Assembly: GCA_047947105.1 (NCBI GenBank)
Contig: CP170456.1
Span: forward strand, 888,530 to 952,529
Length of the DNA: 64,000 nucleotides
Direction of reading: 5' to 3'
DNA from: Fluviicola sp.
GTDB lineage: Bacteria > Bacteroidota > Bacteroidia > Flavobacteriales_D > Crocinitomicaceae
The notes beneath the pieces were generated by a model. That model did no database searches. It was not told the DNA's origin and saw nothing but the letters and a program-made list of their open reading frames with translations. Numbering within the stretch: the first letter of the stretch is position 1; every line of letters begins with the position of its first letter. Positions 45,952 to 56,697 of the stretch are shown piece by piece. The position numbers and the translations under genes are program-made.

Positions 45952-46487
45952 TTCGGGGACGTTTCAAAACTCGGAGGTACAACGTTCCCAAACGTTTTCC
46001 CTCGCGTCCAACAACAGACTTTGCGAAGGAGGGATTGTTCAACGTTTTGGAAAACAAAATGATTTTAGAAGACTTGCGTATTCTTGACTTGTGCGCAGGT
46101 ACAGGGAATATTTCTATTGAGTTTCTTTCACGCGAAGCTGGAACAGTAGTTGCCGTCGACAAAAACTACCATTGTTATAAATATATCAATCAAGTTTCCC
46201 ATGATCTCGGATGTGAATCAGAAATTCGGGTCATCAAATCGGATATTTTAAAGTTTCTGGATCAAAGTGCAGAACGATTTGACATCATTTTTGCAGATCC
46301 TCCGTATGCATACGAACACCATCAGTCTATTGTTGAAAAGGTTTTCGAACGGAATCTTTTAGCGGAGCAAGGCATATTGGTGGTTGAACATGGTAAGGAA
46401 ACTTCCTTGGAAAGTCTTTCACAATTCCTATTTTCACGTAAATATGGAAATGTGCATTTCAGCTTTTTCCAAAATTCCGAAACATGA
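45942..46487 (+). CDS. rsmD: 16S rRNA (guanine966-N2)-methyltransferase
   Basis: 'RIIRGRFK.R', 'RPTTDFAKEGLFN', 'DLCAGTG' and 'FADPPY'. Confidence 0.85.
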   Translation: MRIIRGRFKTRRYNVPKRFPSRPTTDFAKEGLFNVLENKMILEDLRILDLCAGTGNISIEFLSREAGTVVAVDKNYHCYKYINQVSHDLGCESEIRVIKSDILKFLDQSAERFDIIFADPPYAYEHHQSIVEKVFERNLLAEQGILVVEHGKETSLESLSQFLFSRKYGNVHFSFFQNSET

Positions 46488-46945
46488 AGAAAATTGGATT
46501 ATTCCCAGGTTCGTTTGACCCCTTCACAAAAGGACATGAAATTGTTGTACACAAAAGTTTGGAACTATTTGATGAAGTCGTAATTGGTGTAGGTGTAAAC
46601 AGCAGTAAGGCATACCTTTTCGAATTGGAGCAACGCATGAAACACATCAAAACCCTTTTCAAGGATATTGACAAGGTACGTGTTGAACGTTTTCAGAAAC
46701 TAACAGTTGATTTCTGCAAAGACATCGACGCCAGTCACATCATACGCGGACTTAGAGACTCAAAGGATTTTCAGTACGAGAAGTCAATTGCACATATGAA
46801 CAAATCCATTTCCGGAATTGAGACCGTTTTCTTCCTCACAGACCAGGAATACTCTGCAATAAACGCATCTATCATTCGTGAAATCCATAAAAATGGTGGT
46901 CCCATTGATGCTTTTGTAACCAACCCAGAATTGCTCGTTTCATAA
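46484..46945 (+). CDS. coaD: phosphopantetheine adenylyltransferase
   Basis: 'GSFDPFTKGH', 'RGLR' and 'ISASIIRE'-type motifs. ATGA overlap with rsmD. Confidence 0.9.
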   Translation: MKKIGLFPGSFDPFTKGHEIVVHKSLELFDEVVIGVGVNSSKAYLFELEQRMKHIKTLFKDIDKVRVERFQKLTVDFCKDIDASHIIRGLRDSKDFQYEKSIAHMNKSISGIETVFFLTDQEYSAINASIIREIHKNGGPIDAFVTNPELLVS

Positions 46946-46971
46946 ATAGTGGTACAATTCGTGCTATACTA

Positions 46972-48414
46972 ATGATCAAACAATCGTGTATGAGATACCT
47001 TATTCTCCTTCTTCTTGTACTTAGCGGATTCTCTTTGTCTGCCCAAAAAGTAGTTATCAGTGGTTATGCTCCTGAATATGTTGGTCAGGAAATGAAAGTT
47101 TTCAGAATTAAAGACTACCTCAGCGACCAAACAACACTAATCTCTAGTGCTACTGTAGCCAAAGACAGTACTTTTGAGCTCAGTTTCTTTTCGGAAGAAA
47201 TTGAAAAAGTAATACTTCGATGCGACAACAATCGGTCACATCTTTACATTGAACCTGGAGCAACGTATTCTGTTTTCTTTCCAGAGCGCAACAAATACGA
47301 ACCCAAACTACCCTCTGGAAATACTGTTGAACTCACTTTTTACGATTTGGACAGTTTGGATATCAATTATAAAATTTTGCGCTTTCAGCGTTGGTACGAC
47401 TATTTCGTAGGTGGTACATATCATTTACGTAATGACAAAGAGGCGGTCGAGTTTGCTGCATATCTTGATACGTTTAAGACGAATGTCTACAACTATTATT
47501 TACCTGATACCAGTGAGAATAGTTTCTTCCTAAAGACCTATATCCGCTATTCCATTGCAGGTTTGGATAATATCAATACTCTAGCAGAACGCGGACGCTA
47601 CGAGAAATACGATTTCTATTTGGAAAAGTATCCAGTATGCTACAAGAACGATATCTATATGGATTATATGACTGCGTTTTACGATAAGACCATTCATCAG
47701 CTCCACAGGGTAACAAGCGAAAAATTTTACCAAGGAGTGGTTCAAAGTAGTCCTACCATGATTTATAACGCTTTGGGTGCAGAGTACACGCTCTCAAATA
47801 TGAAGTTACGCGAGCTGGTCATGATTCAGTCGCTGGCAGAGGCCTATTATTCTGATGAATACCCGAAAACAAACATTGAGACAATTTTAGACAGTTTATC
47901 TCAAAATTGTTTGTTCGAAGCGCATGAGGATATTGCAAAAAACGTTTTGGATCGACTGACGGATTTAGTTCCCGGTGGAAAAGCTCCCAATTTTGTGTTA
48001 CATCAGGACGAATCGTCGCCGAAAACCCTTTTGGATTACAAGGACAAACACCTTTATATTCACTTCTTAGACCCTCGTATTGAGAGCAATATGCGTGAGT
48101 TGGAAATTATGAAAGATATGCATACTCGTTACAAGGATTACGTGCAATTCCTCACGATTTATCCGAAGTACGAGAACTCACCGAAGTCCAGTCTGGAAAA
48201 GTTGAAAGAATTGCCGTGGGATTCTTTTGAAGTCGAAAAAGATCATTCGATCCTGGAACGCTATCAGGTGGTCAATTTCGCACAATTCGTGCTTATCGAT
48301 GCCGCGGGAAACATCGTCGCAAGTCCTGCCCCGAAGCCTACACCAGACGGAGAGTACGACACCATTGATCGTACATTTTATTATCTGAAACAGCAAATGG
48401 ATCAAGGGAACTAG
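46972..48414 (+). CDS. secreted thioredoxin-fold (TlpA-like) protein lacking the CxxC active site
   Basis: 'GGKAPNFVLHQDESSPKTLLDYKDKHLYIHFLDPRIESNMRELEIMKDMHTRYKD' aligns by eye with the TlpA paralogues at 22977 and 24158. 'DPRIES' sits in place of 'WASWCxPC'. The start may be MRYLILLL at 46990. Confidence 0.55.
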   Translation: MIKQSCMRYLILLLLVLSGFSLSAQKVVISGYAPEYVGQEMKVFRIKDYLSDQTTLISSATVAKDSTFELSFFSEEIEKVILRCDNNRSHLYIEPGATYSVFFPERNKYEPKLPSGNTVELTFYDLDSLDINYKILRFQRWYDYFVGGTYHLRNDKEAVEFAAYLDTFKTNVYNYYLPDTSENSFFLKTYIRYSIAGLDNINTLAERGRYEKYDFYLEKYPVCYKNDIYMDYMTAFYDKTIHQLHRVTSEKFYQGVVQSSPTMIYNALGAEYTLSNMKLRELVMIQSLAEAYYSDEYPKTNIETILDSLSQNCLFEAHEDIAKNVLDRLTDLVPGGKAPNFVLHQDESSPKTLLDYKDKHLYIHFLDPRIESNMRELEIMKDMHTRYKDYVQFLTIYPKYENSPKSSLEKLKELPWDSFEVEKDHSILERYQVVNFAQFVLIDAAGNIVASPAPKPTPDGEYDTIDRTFYYLKQQMDQGN

Positions 48415-48486
48415 TTCTTCATTCAGATTCTTATTTTCAGCACTTTTGACCAGCATTTTGTGTTATTTTTGCGGGAAAGTAAGGAC

Positions 48487-49074
48487 ATGCGATTCAATTT
48501 ATCAGAAATTAATGAGTTGTTCCGTTCGCGAAGAACGATTTACCCAGAACAATTCACAGAGCGGAAGGTGCATCGAGAGCAGGTGGAGGTTATTTTGAAT
48601 AACGCACAATGGGCCCCTACACATGGAAATACGCAACCGTGGCGATTCAAAGTTTTTATGGAAGATGGCCGCCAACATTTGAGTGATTTCCTGGGCAAGA
48701 CCTATTTGGAACTTACGCCAAAAGAAATGCAAAACGATGCAAAATTGGCAAAGTTGATGGCAAGGCCATTGCGCAGTTCAGTAGTCGTAGCGGTTTGCAT
48801 GGAGCGCCAACCCGAAGAAAAAATTTTGGAAATTGAAGAAGTGGAAGCCGTAGCCTGTGCCATACAAAACATGCACCTTTCTTGCACTGCGTATGGACTT
48901 GGAGGATTTTGGTCGACACCAAAACTCATTTATACCAAGGAAATGAATGATTTTCTGGAGTTGGGTGAAAAAGACAAATGCCTTGGACTCTTTTACATAG
49001 GCTATCCTGCTATAGAATGGCCGAAAGCGCACAGAAAACCCCTGGAATATACTACCAAATGGATAACCCAGTAG
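48487..49074 (+). CDS. nitroreductase family protein
   Basis: 'RRTIYPEQF' and 'AQWAPTHGNTQPWRF'. I trimmed the start to MRFNLSE. Confidence 0.8.
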   Translation: MRFNLSEINELFRSRRTIYPEQFTERKVHREQVEVILNNAQWAPTHGNTQPWRFKVFMEDGRQHLSDFLGKTYLELTPKEMQNDAKLAKLMARPLRSSVVVAVCMERQPEEKILEIEEVEAVACAIQNMHLSCTAYGLGGFWSTPKLIYTKEMNDFLELGEKDKCLGLFYIGYPAIEWPKAHRKPLEYTTKWITQ

Positions 49075-49418
49075 ACCACCCGATTGACCTTGGACTGGTA
49101 AATTATACCAAACACCCATCCGATCCGGATTACGTTGTATTTCGTTTTCCAGATGTGGATCGTGCCAATTCATTTGAAGCGTTTTTGGCCGAAGAGAAAA
49201 TTTGGTTTGAACGCAGTTTTGAATCGCACAAGCAGCGAACATACTACCTATTTGGTTTGCACAAGTCGGATTTCAAACGTGCCGAACGCTTAAATATGAA
49301 AGTAGAAGGAAAGCATAAAAAGCCTATGATTCCCCTTGCAGGACTGCGCTGGTTTATCGTATTATTTGGCATGACTTTAATTACTTTGGCGTTCATTGGT
49401 TACTGCAAACAACATTAA
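49059..49418 (+). CDS. hypothetical protein with a C-terminal TM anchor
   Basis: I trimmed the start to MDNPVDHP, which overlaps the nitroreductase gene by 16 nt. C-terminal helix 'LRWFIVLFGMTLITLAFIGY'. Confidence 0.45.
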   Translation: MDNPVDHPIDLGLVNYTKHPSDPDYVVFRFPDVDRANSFEAFLAEEKIWFERSFESHKQRTYYLFGLHKSDFKRAERLNMKVEGKHKKPMIPLAGLRWFIVLFGMTLITLAFIGYCKQH

Positions 49419-49499
49419 ATACGCCCTTCATAAGTTAATGTGAATCGTTTAATCAATTACCCAATTAAATTGGAATAAAATTCGCTTCTTTACGTTAAT

Positions 49500-50258
49500 A
49501 TGAACATGAAAAAACTGCTTGTGATTGTTTTGTGTCTCTGGACACTTCCAACTTTCTCCCAAGTTCAAAGGATACCTCCTCCGTCCTATTTTGGATTGCA
49601 TGTTCGTACGCTATTCCCTACGCAGTTCATCGGCACAAACACTTTGAATTTACAGGAGTCTGGTTTTTTCTCAACGATACGCCAACGCGTTGGATATTCC
49701 TTTGGTGGAACGGTTCGTGCAGGATTGACCGATTTGATTTCCATTGAAACAGGAATTAATTTCAATCAGCGGTATTACGATATCGACTTCAGCGTTCCTG
49801 ATTCGAACGTTTTTGGAAGTACAGATTTATCTTTTATAGAATATGACATTCCATTAAACGCACTTTTTTACATCCGTCTCTCGGAAAAATGGTACGCCAA
49901 CGCCTCGATGGGATTTGCACTTACTTTCAAGCCGACAAATGTTCAAACTTTTGCGCAGCCAACAGGGCCGCATCGCTTTGTTTACACAGGTTTGTTACGG
50001 CGCAAAGTTGGTTTTGACGCCATGGCCAATTTTGGTTTCGAATACCGAACTGAAAAGAAAGGCTTCTTCTATATTGGTGGCTCGGCACGTGTTCCCTTCT
50101 CCCCTTTGTTTGACATTATTGCCGCATACCAGTGGGAAGGAACGTCAAGAATTACATTTGGTGAAATGGATGGCTCCTACTTGTCCCTCGACTTAAAATA
50201 TTTCTTCCCGAACATTAGAAACAAGGGACCACAGTTTCAAGAAGGGCCGATTGAGTAG
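49500..50258 (+). CDS. putative outer-membrane beta-barrel protein
   Basis: Signal peptide 'LVIVLCLWTLPTFSQ'. Alternating beta-strand pattern with many aromatic-Gly strand ends. Confidence 0.5.
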   Translation: MNMKKLLVIVLCLWTLPTFSQVQRIPPPSYFGLHVRTLFPTQFIGTNTLNLQESGFFSTIRQRVGYSFGGTVRAGLTDLISIETGINFNQRYYDIDFSVPDSNVFGSTDLSFIEYDIPLNALFYIRLSEKWYANASMGFALTFKPTNVQTFAQPTGPHRFVYTGLLRRKVGFDAMANFGFEYRTEKKGFFYIGGSARVPFSPLFDIIAAYQWEGTSRITFGEMDGSYLSLDLKYFFPNIRNKGPQFQEGPIE

Positions 50259-50379
50259 TTTTTCACTCCCAGTTTAGTGAAGTCCGCACGACAAAGCATC
50301 AGAATACTTTGACCGTCGGGCCTGTCAAGACGCTAAAGAATGGAATGGTTTTTGCACATTTGAAAGCAAATTACTCGTT

Positions 50380-50868
50380 ATGAAACAGATGTACCGTGTT
50401 CTTTTCGTTGGACTACTTATTCTCGTTGCAACATCTTGTAAACGTAACCTGGATTCTTTATCCATTAATGAAGCCGAGTCTCGCATTGTTGGAACCTGGA
50501 CGATGAAGGAGGTCAAAAACAACGTCCGCGGGGACGGAAAGTGGGGACGAAACGATGTAACGGGTAGTTTTCAAAATTGGGAAATTACCTTTAATGCAGA
50601 CCGAACTCTGGAAATTTACGTTCCGAAAGAAGACACAAGCTATATAGGCAGCTGGGAGTTGTTTGAGGACTGGTCTACCGATTCAGATGGCGATACAGAA
50701 TGGAACACTTTTCTTTCTATGTATGCTTACAATCCACAGAATCCGGATATTTGGAGACAATTTCTATGGGAAGATATTCGCGTTTCCAGTTCTGAATTCC
50801 GAGCGGAGGAGGAAACTTTTGTTCACGGAGAGCGTGTTTTTTACTTCTATGAGATGGAACGGAAATGA
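50380..50868 (+). CDS. small lipoprotein (lipocalin-like pattern)
   Basis: Lipobox 'LVATSC'. 'IVGTWTMKEV' resembles a lipocalin-like start. Confidence 0.5.
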   Translation: MKQMYRVLFVGLLILVATSCKRNLDSLSINEAESRIVGTWTMKEVKNNVRGDGKWGRNDVTGSFQNWEITFNADRTLEIYVPKEDTSYIGSWELFEDWSTDSDGDTEWNTFLSMYAYNPQNPDIWRQFLWEDIRVSSSEFRAEEETFVHGERVFYFYEMERK

Positions 50869-50908
50869 TGGATATTGGAAAGAAGTCAGAAGTTGCAGAT
50901 AATTTAAT

Positions 50909-52228
50909 CTATTCCCTATTCTTTAAATAATGCTTCACAATCTTCCCTTGATCTGTTTTCCCGACGAAGAGTTCAATTTCCCCTTTGTTTAATTCTGGCC
51001 AAATTGCATAAAGCTGCCCTTTCACGGCGTCAATATTAAGGTAATCTCCGAAGAATAAGTCTGGATCGGGAGTAAATGGACTTTTGGAAATAGGAAGATC
51101 GGTAAAGGTTTCACCGCCGTCCATTGAATACGAAATATAGGTTTCGGTTTCATTCTCCGAAGTACTGCGCCGATCATAATAAACGAAGTACAAATAACCG
51201 GAAGATTGATCCAAAGCCATCCATGTGAAGAACTGATGTCGTTTTGAGTTATCTTGATTGACACGTACTCTCGAACTCCATGTTTCTCCACCATCAGTAG
51301 ATTTCATCAGCCAAACATCTGTATCCTCCTCACCATTCTGCTGATCGCACCAATTCAGGTATAAGGTACCTCGGCTGGTTCCATTGCTCAAGTCACACTT
51401 CAAAATTGGGAGTCCGTTGGCCCGATAAATCCCAGGGATGTCCAACGCCCAACCGCCATACTGTTTCTCAATGATACTTTCTTTCGGCATCCAGGTTTCT
51501 CCGCCATCCAATGACTTCTGGAACACCAATCCTTTCGGTCCTGTCCATGTAACGTAAATCTCGCCATTTGGACCTACAGCAGGAACTGCTCCTTCCACCG
51601 TATTATCTCCGTCCAAGCAATCGCCTGCATAAAACGAAATGCGTTTGGGTGTACTCCATGTTGCTCCTTGATCTGCTGATTTCGAGAAAACGATAATAGT
51701 ACTATCTTCTGCCTCCTTGGAGTTGTACTCATCAAACTGCGTCCAGGTCATGTAGATTTCGTTCGTTTTCTGATTCACAACCGTCCAATGCTTGTCTTGT
51801 ACTTTTGTTCCGTTAGGCTCGGTAAACGTTCCTTCGTCAAACATGTCAGCCCTCAACTCCCCTTCTTCACTGATCTTCGCTTTCTGACACACGATTCTGT
51901 CGAGGTGTGATGTCTTCTTGTAACTAGCTAAATGGAAGTAATACGCCGTATTTTTGGTATCGAACATTAAAACAGGATCCCCCCAAACACCGTACTTACT
52001 GCGCAACGATTCACTCGACCAGGTCTTCCCTCCATCGTTCGTATAATAGAAGTCATTGAGAACAGAACCTGCAATTACTTGATCTGGGTTTTGCGGATTG
52101 ATCGCAATTGACGGTTCAATTTGCGAAGAGGAATACTTCGCATCTGGTGGACATTCTAATTTTTTAATTGCCACTGGCGAGCACCCTACCAGGGTCACAA
52201 TACCAACTAATACTGCCGATTTTTTCAT
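50909..52228 (-). CDS. BNR/Asp-box repeat (sialidase-like) lipoprotein
   Basis: Five Asp-boxes: 'TNDGGKTWS', 'SADQGATWS', 'SLDGGETWM', 'STDGGETWS', 'SMDGGETFT'. I chose the start at MKKSAVLVGIVTLVGC (52228), which forms an ATGA overlap with the upstream M61 stop. Confidence 0.75.
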   Translation of the reverse strand: MKKSAVLVGIVTLVGCSPVAIKKLECPPDAKYSSSQIEPSIAINPQNPDQVIAGSVLNDFYYTNDGGKTWSSESLRSKYGVWGDPVLMFDTKNTAYYFHLASYKKTSHLDRIVCQKAKISEEGELRADMFDEGTFTEPNGTKVQDKHWTVVNQKTNEIYMTWTQFDEYNSKEAEDSTIIVFSKSADQGATWSTPKRISFYAGDCLDGDNTVEGAVPAVGPNGEIYVTWTGPKGLVFQKSLDGGETWMPKESIIEKQYGGWALDIPGIYRANGLPILKCDLSNGTSRGTLYLNWCDQQNGEEDTDVWLMKSTDGGETWSSRVRVNQDNSKRHQFFTWMALDQSSGYLYFVYYDRRSTSENETETYISYSMDGGETFTDLPISKSPFTPDPDLFFGDYLNIDAVKGQLYAIWPELNKGEIELFVGKTDQGKIVKHYLKNRE

Positions 52229-54012
52229 TTCGCTCCTAACCAAAAATCAAATAACTTTTTCGCTTCAGAATTATCGGCAGCAATTTTGAACTCGAATTTC
52301 GGTTGTTCGTAAGCTGTCATGGTAAAGGTTGTGCTATGCAATTCGTCTTCACGAGAGAACAAGATATCCGCCTGGTCCCCCACATCCATACTACTTAAAA
52401 AATTGTCCAGCATTGGTTTGTTCACACGATAATTGTTTACCGCTATGATTTCATCATTTACGCTCAATCCTGCATCCTCTGCTGCCGAACCCGATCGAAT
52501 TCTGCGCACGTACACGTTATCACCTCCGGTGGTTGACAAGCCCGAGCTGGCTTTTTCTTCTCCAACGTACTCCACCTTGACACCCAATGGCTCTAAAAAT
52601 GAATTGTAATCGGGAATTTCTGTACCGTCTATGTATTTCGCATAAAACTCAGTTAAGTCCTTTCCAATAAATTCCTCAAGTTCCATTTTGAATTCTCCCT
52701 CTGTAAATCCGCGGTTTTTCTCTTCGTAATACTTGGAGTACAGGTGACGCATGAAGTGATCCAAACACTTCGTACCATTGCTCTCCTTGATCATCATAGC
52801 ATCAATCATCATGGCTACAACCGAGCCTCTTGAATAATAAGATGCAGTAGTGTTGTGACTGTTTTCGTTTGGACGATAGGCTTTGATCCAGGCGTCAAAA
52901 CTGGCATGTGCTACTGGTTGAACGCGTGCACCAGTTGATCCTTCCACATAATTAAGGCTTCCAAACATTAGTTGCAGAAACTTCTCCTGCGAATAATATC
53001 CAGCTCGCATCAAAATCATTTTTTCGTAGTAGGAGGTAAATCCTTCCATCACCCAAAGCAAGGATGTGTAGTTTTCTGAATCATAATTGAATGGGCCTAA
53101 TTCAATTGGACGAATGCGCTTTACGTTCCATAAATGAAAATATTCGTGCGCTACCAAGTCCAGGAAATCGACATAATCACTACCTGAATATGTCCAACGG
53201 TTCACACTCAGAACGGTTGAATTCTTATGTTCTAATCCCCCTTGTCCATTGACAACGTTGTGTATGATGAACGTATACTCCTCATTCGGATTTTGTCCGA
53301 AAACATCCGTTGCCGCTTCCACCACATTTGCCATGTCTACTTTCAATGCTTCAGGGTTGTGGTTACCAGTACCGTAAATAGCAACGTGGTGTTTCACCCC
53401 AGCGGCGTCAAAATCAAACTCCAACTGGTTTCCTACTTCAATGGGACAGTCGACCAACTGATCGTAATCCTCGAATCTATACGTGCGTTTTCCGTCGCCT
53501 GTAACACCGTCTCCAGATTCTTTCAAAGCAGTAGTAACCCGTTGAAAACTGCTGTGGGGAACAACATGCACCACACCCGACTTGTCCTTGTGACCCTCCA
53601 CATACATGAACACACCTGAGCCAGAAATAAAGCCGTGAGTCATATCTAAAAAGCTAGTACGCACTGTCAATTCGAAAGCGTATACTTCGTAATTCACTTT
53701 TACGCGCTTCGCTTTTCCCTTTTTAATGTTCCAGGTATTTTTGCTTGTCTTTTTGACAGGAAGTTGCTTTCCCTTTTCGTCAGTTGCCGTCACCAAATCA
53801 ACATTTTTCGCGAATTCACGTGCCAAATATGATCCAGGTGCCCAAATCGGCATTTTCACATTCACTTCCTTTTGCTTGAAACCTGAAAGGTCCATTTCAA
53901 CCTGGAAATAATGGTTTTGAGGACGCTCCATGCTTACTGTGTAGGAAATATCCTGCGCTGAGCTAATGAAAATGAGGACGATAAACGCTAGAGAAAAAAG
54001 GTATTTCAACAT
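52225..54012 (-). CDS. M61 family metallopeptidase with a C-terminal PDZ domain
   Basis: Signal peptide present. Zinc motif 'HEYFHLWNVKR'. PDZ-like 'GSAAEDAGLSVNDEIIAVN'. Confidence 0.8.
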   Translation of the reverse strand: MLKYLFSLAFIVLIFISSAQDISYTVSMERPQNHYFQVEMDLSGFKQKEVNVKMPIWAPGSYLAREFAKNVDLVTATDEKGKQLPVKKTSKNTWNIKKGKAKRVKVNYEVYAFELTVRTSFLDMTHGFISGSGVFMYVEGHKDKSGVVHVVPHSSFQRVTTALKESGDGVTGDGKRTYRFEDYDQLVDCPIEVGNQLEFDFDAAGVKHHVAIYGTGNHNPEALKVDMANVVEAATDVFGQNPNEEYTFIIHNVVNGQGGLEHKNSTVLSVNRWTYSGSDYVDFLDLVAHEYFHLWNVKRIRPIELGPFNYDSENYTSLLWVMEGFTSYYEKMILMRAGYYSQEKFLQLMFGSLNYVEGSTGARVQPVAHASFDAWIKAYRPNENSHNTTASYYSRGSVVAMMIDAMMIKESNGTKCLDHFMRHLYSKYYEEKNRGFTEGEFKMELEEFIGKDLTEFYAKYIDGTEIPDYNSFLEPLGVKVEYVGEEKASSGLSTTGGDNVYVRRIRSGSAAEDAGLSVNDEIIAVNNYRVNKPMLDNFLSSMDVGDQADILFSREDELHSTTFTMTAYEQPKFEFKIAADNSEAKKLFDFWLGAK

Positions 54013-54193
54013 GTTTTTATTGCTTTGTTCGCTAAGATAAAAAGAAACTAAGTTTTGGCGCTTGAAGTTGTGAACAACGGTTGAAATCGAAAACAGATCG
54101 AATATCTTCCATGATGTGGATTGGCTGAATAGTTTTAATTGTCTAACACCATCGAAGATTTCAATCGGATAGTTGTACTATTTTAGCCTTTAA

Positions 54194-55507
54194 ATGAACT
54201 TGCTCAGAAAATCATCAAACTGGACCTTGGGGATCTGCATGATCGTCATGACGTTCATTTCCATTAACATGAAATGGAACGGTGAAGATTGGCGCACTGT
54301 CATTGCATCCGACAGTAAAGGCTATTATTCCTATTTGCCAGCAGTATTCATTTACGATGACCCCAACTTTGGTTTCTTCGAAACCATAGAAAAAGAGAAG
54401 TACTACAATGAAAATACCTTTACAGATTATCGGTCGTTAGGTAATGGAAAAATCATCAATAAGTACTACATCGGAACGGCTACTGCGGAATTGCCCTTCT
54501 TTCTAATTGGACATGGAATTGCAAAAAGTACTTCGTGGGACAACGACGGATACAGCAAACCTTATATGCTTGTTTTATGCGTTTCTGCACTGTTTTATCT
54601 TTTCATCGGAGCATTGTTTGTTCAGAAAACCTTGCGGCGCTTTGGTATCGATGAGCGCAGTATCTCCTGGATCACCGTAGCAGGAATATTCGGAACTAAT
54701 TTGTTCTACTATGTGGTTGTCGAGGCCGGTACATCACATGTATATTCCTTTGCCTTTATTTCCATGCTGATCTATTATTATCATTGCTGGGTACATGAAA
54801 AAAAATCCAGGCACTTGTTTCTTCTGGCATTCTTGTTCGGTATGATTTTGATCATTCGCCCTGTCAATGCACTCGTGTTTTTAGCATTACCCTTTGTCGC
54901 GGGAAGTTGGAATTCCTTCCTTACCTCTATTGTGGACATCCTCAAAAAAAAATGGATCGGCGTACTTGCCCTCGTGCTATTTGTGCTGGTTTTGTTCATC
55001 CAACTTGGGTATTACAAATGGGCCGCAGGAAGCTGGTTAGTTTATTCGTACCGAGAAGAAGGTTTTGATTTTACGGATCCTCATTTCTTCGATATGCTTT
55101 TTAGTTACCGAAAGGGATTGTTCCTGTACACACCGATGTACTTGCTCGCATTCATTGGATTGGTTGTTTTATGGAAAAAGCAAGAACATTTTCGAGTATT
55201 TAGTTGGTCTGCTTTCTTTCTTGTCCTAACCTATATCTTGTCTTCCTGGTGGATGTGGTATTATGGCGGAAGTTTCTCATCACGCGTTTACGTGGACTAC
55301 CTTCCTTTCTTTTTGTTGTTGCTTGGCATTGGTTTTCATCATTGGCGGAAAGGTTGGACTGGTTGGACGTTAAGAATTGTGACGGTGCTCCTAATCTTGC
55401 TCTGCCAAATTCAAGTTTACCAGTATCGTTATGGACAAATTCATGTTTCGGATACCACAAAAGAGCAATACTGGAGTAATTTCCTTAGAATTGACAAACT
55501 GATGTAA
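54194..55507 (+). CDS. polytopic membrane protein (possibly GT-C/ArnT-like glycosyltransferase)
   Basis: About 10 or more TM helices with no soluble domain. The family is not securely recognised. Confidence 0.45.
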   Translation: MNLLRKSSNWTLGICMIVMTFISINMKWNGEDWRTVIASDSKGYYSYLPAVFIYDDPNFGFFETIEKEKYYNENTFTDYRSLGNGKIINKYYIGTATAELPFFLIGHGIAKSTSWDNDGYSKPYMLVLCVSALFYLFIGALFVQKTLRRFGIDERSISWITVAGIFGTNLFYYVVVEAGTSHVYSFAFISMLIYYYHCWVHEKKSRHLFLLAFLFGMILIIRPVNALVFLALPFVAGSWNSFLTSIVDILKKKWIGVLALVLFVLVLFIQLGYYKWAAGSWLVYSYREEGFDFTDPHFFDMLFSYRKGLFLYTPMYLLAFIGLVVLWKKQEHFRVFSWSAFFLVLTYILSSWWMWYYGGSFSSRVYVDYLPFFLLLLGIGFHHWRKGWTGWTLRIVTVLLILLCQIQVYQYRYGQIHVSDTTKEQYWSNFLRIDKLM

Positions 55508-55839
55508 GAAAAAACCGCCAGAATTAAATAAATCGGCGGCTTTCTGGTTTTAAACGTACACATCGTTTATGAATCATTGAATTCCAACGTGTTTTCGGTT
55601 TCATTTTCTAGAAATCATTTTTTATATACTATTCATTCTGTTTTCAACAACCGTGCCATTTGCTATGCATGCCTAGTAACTATTATTTCATTTGGAAACA
55701 CAAATAATCACTCATGTGCTACGTTTCCTCGATTCATCAACATGAGATCACTTGAAAATTTGTACTTTCGAAGTGGAAACATTGACGTGGTAATTCGCCC
55801 TACAAGCGAATGAATGCTACGGATTGAAACACAGCACGA

Positions 55840-56697
55840 ATGCAAAAATTACTTCTCCCCCTTTTAATGGGAATCGCCTTATTTTCTTGTCAGCAAAAAG
55901 CTGAAAATGAAAGCGCCAATGTACCTGAAGATAAAGAAAAGGACAACCGAATTGCGCAGTTAGAGTTGGAAAATGCCATGAAAGATTCTGTTATCAATGA
56001 ATCTCTCGCGTATTTCAATGAAATTAAAGCGAACCTCGAGGCCATTGGGATTCGTAGAGACGAAATTCGAGAGCTTTCGGAAAATCCAGAATTAGCGGCA
56101 GAAGATAAAAAGTGGATTTTGGAAGAGATTCGCCGAATCAACTTTCTTCGTGAGGACAATGCACGATTGGTAAAACAACTGAATTCCGAATTGGATAAAA
56201 GCAACCTACAAATAAAGGAGTTAGAAGTGATGGTTGAATCCTTGATGAAAGATATTCAATGGAAGGACGAACAGATTGCGCTACTCCAGGAAGAGTTGGA
56301 TCGACTTGACCATCAATATTCCGTTTTGTTTGATGCGTACCAGGAGCAAGCCGTTGTTGTTGACAACCTACGCGATAAACTGAACACGGTGTACTATGCT
56401 TACGGAACGTCTGAAGAATTGTTAGACAACAAAATTCTTTCGAAGAATAATGGATTCATTGGCATTGGCCGTCGATTGGAAATGCGTAAGGATTTTGATG
56501 CAAGCTACTTCACCAAAACAGACGCGTCGACACAAAAGACTATAAACATCCGTGGAAAAGACGTTCGATTGATGACAGAGCACCCTGGCGATTCCTACAC
56601 ATTGAAGGAAAATGCCATTGGAACGCTTTTGACCATAAAGGATGCTTCAGAATTCTGGAAAATCTCGAAATATCTTGTAGTTTTAGTGGACGCATGA
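55840..56697 (+). CDS. coiled-coil lipoprotein, hypothetical
   Basis: Lipobox 'IALFSC' followed by a long heptad-like region. Confidence 0.55.
   Translation: MQKLLLPLLMGIALFSCQQKAENESANVPEDKEKDNRIAQLELENAMKDSVINESLAYFNEIKANLEAIGIRRDEIRELSENPELAAEDKKWILEEIRRINFLREDNARLVKQLNSELDKSNLQIKELEVMVESLMKDIQWKDEQIALLQEELDRLDHQYSVLFDAYQEQAVVVDNLRDKLNTVYYAYGTSEELLDNKILSKNNGFIGIGRRLEMRKDFDASYFTKTDASTQKTINIRGKDVRLMTEHPGDSYTLKENAIGTLLTIKDASEFWKISKYLVVLVDA

Noticed and set aside
48702-49242. Minus-strand ORFs overlapping the nitroreductase gene and the following gene
   Set aside because: They lie antisense to a gene with clear nitroreductase motifs, so they are shadow ORFs.
55511-55550. Possible terminator after the 54194..55507 gene
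   Set aside because: It has only a 5-bp CCGCC/GGCGG stem with a 15-nt loop and an interrupted T-run, which is too weak to call.
55577-55813. 78-aa ORF in the 330-bp intergenic region before the 55840 lipoprotein gene
   Set aside because: No motif, odd composition, and no coupling to neighbouring genes. It is probably non-coding promoter region.
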